Source: Chitinophaga pinensis | Lineage (GTDB): Bacteria; Bacteroidota; Bacteroidia; M30B66 | DNA: 64,000 bases | Assembly (NCBI GenBank): GCA_945883545.1 | Contig: CAMCXT010000011.1 | Location: 2,652-66,651 of the forward strand | Direction of reading: 5' to 3' | Shown: in pieces, positions 59,507 to 64,000 of the stretch | Layout of the letters: each line of letters opens with the position of its first letter | Position numbering within the stretch: position 1 is the stretch's first letter | Notes under the pieces: model-generated | What the model was told of the DNA's origin: nothing | What the model saw: the letters and a program-made list of their open reading frames with translations, nothing else | The model's database searches: none | Position numbers and translations under genes: made by a program

Positions 59507-59878
59507 ATGAAACTGACTTTCAGAAACTCTGCCATCATTTCCTTCGCATTCATTGCTATTTCTGCTTTTTCCTGCAAATCGGAAGACCAAACTTGCACTG
59601 TAGTAATTAGAGTGGTACGTGCGAATGGAGGGCCTGCAACTTCTGCAAAAGTGAAACTAACATCTAATTGGGGTCTTTCTCAAAAAGGAGAAATTGCAGA
59701 TTATCTGTCAAATTCAGAGAATACCAAACTAACAGACGGAGATGGAGGGGCGACTTTTACATTTAAAAATCCTGCGATTTTAGATGTGGAAGTAACGCAC
59801 ATTTCTTATGGTAGTGCTAGCGATTTGATTAAGCTTGAACCAGGCGAAACAGTCTCAAAGACTATCACTGTTCAATAG
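59507..59878 (+). CDS. small predicted surface lipoprotein, unknown function
   Basis: ORF from 59483; lipobox ISAFSC followed by KSEDQ (LES-like); about 100-aa beta-rich mature part. Confidence 0.45.
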   Translation: MKLTFRNSAIISFAFIAISAFSCKSEDQTCTVVIRVVRANGGPATSAKVKLTSNWGLSQKGEIADYLSNSENTKLTDGDGGATFTFKNPAILDVEVTHISYGSASDLIKLEPGETVSKTITVQ

Positions 59879-60242
59879 GAAAGTAATCAGCGAAATAATC
59901 TATAACAGATTGTTTCATTAAAAAACTTTGTTGCCCTGGCTTTAGCGGTGGAAGATTTTCTACTGTAGACCAATGTGGGTAACCATCTTCATCCTGCCCT
60001 TCGAATTTATAATAGCCGTAAGGTTCCAGCAAAGTACATATTGCTATATGGAGCACTTCAAGCTTTTGGTCCTTGTTGAATTTCCGATATCCTTTGCCAA
60101 GCTCTTGAACTCCAATGAGCATCAGCACAGCCTGCAAATCTAGCCCGTCGCCGAATTGAACTTCTAAATTGAGGATCAGCTTTTTCCACTGATCCTCAAT
60201 TTCATGCAATGATGAAGGGTTTTCAGAAATCCTGATATCCAT
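59865..60242 (-). CDS. small acidic cytoplasmic hypothetical protein translationally coupled to upstream M43 protease gene
   Basis: 125 aa, no signal peptide. Its start shares 1 nt with the stop of 60242..62353, the same coupling as at 49775. Confidence 0.45.
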   Translation of the reverse strand: MDIRISENPSSLHEIEDQWKKLILNLEVQFGDGLDLQAVLMLIGVQELGKGYRKFNKDQKLEVLHIAICTLLEPYGYYKFEGQDEDGYPHWSTVENLPPLKPGQQSFLMKQSVIDYFADYFPIEQ

Positions 60243-62353
60243 TAGTTACAAATCCATTTTCTGGTTTTGCTGTAGTTGCCAGAATCAATTCTGATCAGAT
60301 AAGCTCCAGCACTTAAATTACGGCCGCTTACGTCCGACAAATTGAAAGTATAGTCGCCTGCACCAAGATTTTCTTTGCTCATGCTTCCAATCAACTTTCC
60401 AGTTAAATCAGTAACACTTATCGTTACATTTCCTTGACGGAGTAGGCCAACACTTATGGTTGCATCTCCATCGCCCGGGTTTGGATAAACTTGAGTCATA
60501 TAATCATCCAAAGAGATATCTTCCAAACCTACTGGTTGATTCAAAATATTGATGTCTTCCAAGAAGATACTATTTCCTGCACTGTCGGAAACTACAAACT
60601 TCACCATACCATTGTCCTGACCTGCAAGCGCTGAAACACTTACTGTTTCAGTTCTCCATTGATCAGCAGTAGGGACGAATGTGCCTGAAATTGTTTGTCC
60701 TGAAGCCAAAGTAGATAAGGCTGTTCCTGTTTTAGCGTATCGCAACGACCAAGTACGACCACAATTATTCGATACGTAAATCTCCATACGGTCATTCGTT
60801 GAGGTACTTTTGCGCGCATAGGCCAATTTAAATGTAATGTTGGCCGGAGATGAAGTTCCCGACATATTAATGATCGGAGAGATCAATTCGGTGCGGCTGC
60901 CAGTGGCAATTGCGTTGTTGTTGTAGCGAATACTAGCGCTTCCAGTTACAGAGGCAAGCGTAGTGCGCTCGAAAGCTGTAGATGTACCAACAACAGACCA
61001 ATTGTTAAATGGATCAGAACTAATATTGGGGAATGCGGCATCCTCAAAACTTTCTACAAATGGAGAGCTGATAGTTGGATTTAATGGCCTTACTGTGATA
61101 AAACTATTTTTAGTTCTTGCGTTGCTTCCAGTCGAGTTGCTAACAGTTAATGTAACTGGATAAACACCGGGTTCATTGTATTGAATTACTGGATTTTGTG
61201 CGCTTGAAGTCGCAGGTGTAGCGCCTGGAAATGACCAAGACCACGTCCATGTAGCATCAACTGCAGCGTTATAGCTTTCATCTGTGAATGTGAGGTTCGT
61301 ATTGGTACAAACAACATTTGTGCTTGATGAAAAATCGGCCAACGGTGCACAAACTGGAGCTGTTGTATTTACTCCAGTTGCAATGAGATTGGCAGAAGAC
61401 CATAAATTATTTCTTTGTCCAGCTGTGGCATTCAAAGCAGCATTCATTCTGGTGCATTGTCCAGTAGAAAACATGATCGCGCAGTTTGCATAATCCATGA
61501 TGTTTTGAACATTGTCGAGCGAGCCGCAAGTTACTTGTGCAAGATTGCAGCTTTGATCAGCTACACCAATAGTGTTTGGCGTGTCTGTTACCCCGTCGTC
61601 TTGGTTGCAGTTGGTTGTTAAACCAGGATTGTTGCTAGGACCCCATGTATGATTGAGATTAAACCAATGTCCGATTTCATGCGGAAGCGTGCGGCTAGCA
61701 AAATTTCCACCGTTAGATGTTCCGATTCCTCCCAATTGCGTGTGCGTAACAATAATTCCATCGTATGTAGCACTTGGCGCATTTCCGGGACGGTAAGCAT
61801 ATCCTCCAACACGATCGCCTGATTCCAAAATCACATCGTCAACAATCCATACGTTTAGGTATTTATTTCTTGGCCATGAAATGAGGTCTTTCACATTGTC
61901 ATTTCCATTGTAAGTCAAGGTAGAAACTGTTCTGGTGATTCCATCTGTACAATTTCCATTAGGATCTTTGCGGGCCAAACGAAACTCAACTTGTGCATTT
62001 CCAATAATTCCCTGAAATTCAGGAATAACTTCGTTTTGATCGGTATTTAGTTGTTGAAAATCTTCATTGATGATGCGAACAGCATCTTCCACTTGCTCTC
62101 TGGAAATGTTTTCAGATCCATAATTGTGAATGATATGAAAAACAATTGGAATCACTTTAAGCACCGAACGCTCTGCTGCATCAGGAGAATATTGCTCTGT
62201 AAAAGCTTCCAATTCTTCTTGTGCAACTTGCAATTCTGGATGGTTCATTAAAGCAGCATCATTCATAATGTGCGAACCACATCGTTGAATTTGCTGACCA
62301 AAAGAGGTTAAAGATGCGATAGCGATCGCTAGTGTAAAGTAGAGTTTACGCAT
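60242..62353 (-). CDS. M43B zinc metalloprotease with PKD domain and T9SS type-A CTD (paralog of 54817..56613)
   Basis: 703 aa. Signal peptide. Propeptide Cys (QRCGS). HEIGHWFNLNHTWG and MFSTGQ Met-turn. PKD-like segment (TNLTFTDESYN...GVYPVTLTVSN). C-terminal VYPNPGDGD...GAYLIRIDSG. Confidence 0.8.
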   Translation of the reverse strand: MRKLYFTLAIAIASLTSFGQQIQRCGSHIMNDAALMNHPELQVAQEELEAFTEQYSPDAAERSVLKVIPIVFHIIHNYGSENISREQVEDAVRIINEDFQQLNTDQNEVIPEFQGIIGNAQVEFRLARKDPNGNCTDGITRTVSTLTYNGNDNVKDLISWPRNKYLNVWIVDDVILESGDRVGGYAYRPGNAPSATYDGIIVTHTQLGGIGTSNGGNFASRTLPHEIGHWFNLNHTWGPSNNPGLTTNCNQDDGVTDTPNTIGVADQSCNLAQVTCGSLDNVQNIMDYANCAIMFSTGQCTRMNAALNATAGQRNNLWSSANLIATGVNTTAPVCAPLADFSSSTNVVCTNTNLTFTDESYNAAVDATWTWSWSFPGATPATSSAQNPVIQYNEPGVYPVTLTVSNSTGSNARTKNSFITVRPLNPTISSPFVESFEDAAFPNISSDPFNNWSVVGTSTAFERTTLASVTGSASIRYNNNAIATGSRTELISPIINMSGTSSPANITFKLAYARKSTSTNDRMEIYVSNNCGRTWSLRYAKTGTALSTLASGQTISGTFVPTADQWRTETVSVSALAGQDNGMVKFVVSDSAGNSIFLEDINILNQPVGLEDISLDDYMTQVYPNPGDGDATISVGLLRQGNVTISVTDLTGKLIGSMSKENLGAGDYTFNLSDVSGRNLSAGAYLIRIDSGNYSKTRKWICN

Positions 62354-62399
62354 GGTTGATGGTTGGCGTATTTTTTTAAAACGGTCGCTAAGATAACAA

Positions 62400-63134
62400 T
62401 TAAATAGCTGTTAGGTTTCCTGTTGAATGAGATAATTCCTTGATCAACATTCGTTTTGCGATGGGCAAATAAGTTTCTTCCACTGGAATATTTAAGGTGC
62501 AACTAAAAAAGTAGGTAGCGGGATTTGGGATTTCCTTGTTGTTCCTAATTAAATCTGCTTTTATCTCAGGTGCAGTATTTACCAATGTAGACGAATATTT
62601 TGCTATTTCTCTGGTGTGAATAGCTCTAAACTTTTCTTCGTTGTCCTCGAAAATACTCACAGCATATTCATAAACTCGAATCTCAGATGGCTGATTTATC
62701 TTCAAAATCATGTAGCCTTCATTTTGTCGAAGTGGCACTAACCCAATTGGCTCTAGTTTCAATTGATTCTCTATTTTTTCATAAACAGACTTTCCAATGT
62801 TGAGCTTGGTTTCCAATTTCGGCAATGAAAAACTGATAATTCTTTCCAACTCATCCATCAACTGATCATTTTCAACAACACTTCTGTACGATATTTTGAA
62901 GCGCTCAAAGTCCAATCCTGATAACTCTCCCGGAAACGATTGATACAATTGTTTTGTGCCGTCTCTTAACAACTTTAGTTTTCTATAATGACTAATCAAT
63001 TCCGCCAAGCTTGGATACAGTAATTGCTGCTTGAAATGTTGTTCAACATCTTCAAGGTAGGCCAACAGTATGTACTGCTTATATTCAAGATCGATAAGGT
63101 TCTCAGTGAGCCAATTTTCGCTAAGTTTTTTCAT
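62400..63134 (-). CDS. hypothetical cytoplasmic protein
   Basis: 244 aa, no TM/signal, no motif recognised; 46 bp upstream of M43-PKD gene, same strand. Confidence 0.45.
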   Translation of the reverse strand: MKKLSENWLTENLIDLEYKQYILLAYLEDVEQHFKQQLLYPSLAELISHYRKLKLLRDGTKQLYQSFPGELSGLDFERFKISYRSVVENDQLMDELERIISFSLPKLETKLNIGKSVYEKIENQLKLEPIGLVPLRQNEGYMILKINQPSEIRVYEYAVSIFEDNEEKFRAIHTREIAKYSSTLVNTAPEIKADLIRNNKEIPNPATYFFSCTLNIPVEETYLPIAKRMLIKELSHSTGNLTAI

Positions 63135-63307
63135 CCCCCCAACTATTTATCTATTTAACGACTGTCCTACTTTTAAGTTGCACGACATCATTTGCGAGTC
63201 TTGAGGTGACTGCACGACAATGTCAACCGTATAATGTTTATTTCTTGTAGGATTGTGCTTCATTAATGCCTTAGTTTATCGGTAGGTTTGCATCATTACT
63301 TTAAGTT

Positions 63308-64000
63308 ATGATCAAGAAAACAGGTTACTTTTTAGGGATTTTTGTGCTTTTAATTTTGCAGGCATGTGTTAGTGGGCGGCAATTTGAAGAAATGAAAGCT
63401 GCCAGAGAAAAGTGCGACAGCGAACTGTCTGAACTGAAATCTCGCTATGAAACATTTACTGCCAAAGAAAAGGAGCTCAATGTTCGTGTCGAAGAGTTAG
63501 GCCGTCAAGTGAAAGCACTTACGTCCGATACTTCAAATCATGGAAGATCATTCAGAAGGTTAAACACTGCTTATGAACGACTTAATGCGACTTACGATCA
63601 ATTGCTTGAAAACAACAATAAGTTGATGGAAGGCAAAGATGCAGACAACAAGAAACTCATGGGGCAGTACCAACTTACTCAAGAGGAATTGCAGAAGAAG
63701 GAAGATAGGCTTAGAATTCTTGAAGCTGATCTAGATAAACGATCAGCCGACATTCAGCGTTTGAGTATGGAAATGAAAGCTGCAGAGGAAGCAATAAAAA
63801 TAAAGGAAGATCGTGTGAATGAATTAGAAAATGTACTTGCGGCAAAAGATTCAGCCATGAAGGAACTTCGAAACAAGGTCTCGGACGCTTTGTTAGGTTT
63901 TCAAGACAACGGACTTTCAGTGAGCATGAAAAACGGGAAAGTTTACGTTTCACTTGAAGAGAGACTTTTGTTTGAGTCTGGCAGTACTGTGGTTGATGCC
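63308..64000 (+). CDS. OmpA/MotB-family lipoprotein with long coiled-coil N-terminal region (3' end beyond window)
   Basis: Not in ORF track (no stop in window). Translation MIKKTGYFLGIFVLLILQACVSGRQFEEMKAAREK... Heptad-rich about 170 aa, then GLSVSMKNGKVYVSLEERLLFESGSTVVDA, typical of the start of OmpA_C-containing proteins. Confidence 0.6.
   Translation, partial: MIKKTGYFLGIFVLLILQACVSGRQFEEMKAAREKCDSELSELKSRYETFTAKEKELNVRVEELGRQVKALTSDTSNHGRSFRRLNTAYERLNATYDQLLENNNKLMEGKDADNKKLMGQYQLTQEELQKKEDRLRILEADLDKRSADIQRLSMEMKAAEEAIKIKEDRVNELENVLAAKDSAMKELRNKVSDALLGFQDNGLSVSMKNGKVYVSLEERLLFESGSTVVDA

Overview
This window looks like Bacteroidota core chromosome. It shows no Shine-Dalgarno dependence, promoter motifs of the TTG-N19-TAnnTTTG type, several proteins with type IX secretion (T9SS) C-terminal sorting domains, and tuf is absent between fusA and rpsJ. 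The first ~19.6 kb is one long minus-strand ribosomal-protein superoperon. In transcription order (descending coordinates) it runs rpsL-rpsG-fusA-rpsJ-rplC-rplD-rplW-rplB-rpsS-rplV-rpsC, then a 257-bp terminator/promoter insert, then rplP-rpmC-rpsQ-rplN-rplX-rplE-rpsN-rpsH-rplF-rplR-rpsE-rpmD-rplO-secY-map-infA-rpmJ-rpsM-rpsK-rpsD-rpoA-rplQ, then a terminator, then carA and eno (which runs off the 5' edge). rpmJ and rpmD are missing from the ORF track.

Downstream on the plus strand are a UvrD/PcrA helicase, a DUF4290-like gene, murA, a large polytopic membrane protein, a TlpA-like thioredoxin, grpE, dnaJ, a NatAB-like ABC transporter and pheT.

The remainder is a mosaic of housekeeping genes and accessory-looking cell-surface loci. 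Housekeeping genes here include recR, a UbiA prenyltransferase, ppx/gppA, a sodium:solute symporter (SSS), msrA, an inositol monophosphatase (IMPase), lgt, mtaB, tRNA-Glu, rpsT, rnhB, mqnC/E, a biotinyl-domain protein and pheS. The surface loci are:
- a sigma-54-type response regulator that lacks a DNA-binding domain, sitting in an operon with ppx, a secreted TPR protein and an SGNH/PKD/T9SS protein;
- a surface-lipoprotein gene translationally coupled to a PorP/SprF-like + thrombospondin type-3 (TSP3) repeat + OmpA fusion (47388-51448), which is the most system-like locus in the window;
- two paralogous M43B (pappalysin-family) metalloproteases with T9SS C-terminal domains (CTDs), one of them flanked by small coupled hypotheticals;
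- an orphan OmpR-type regulator wedged between T9SS proteins.

No CRISPR array, transposase or integrase is visible. Domain assignments are from reading the translations; no database search was run.
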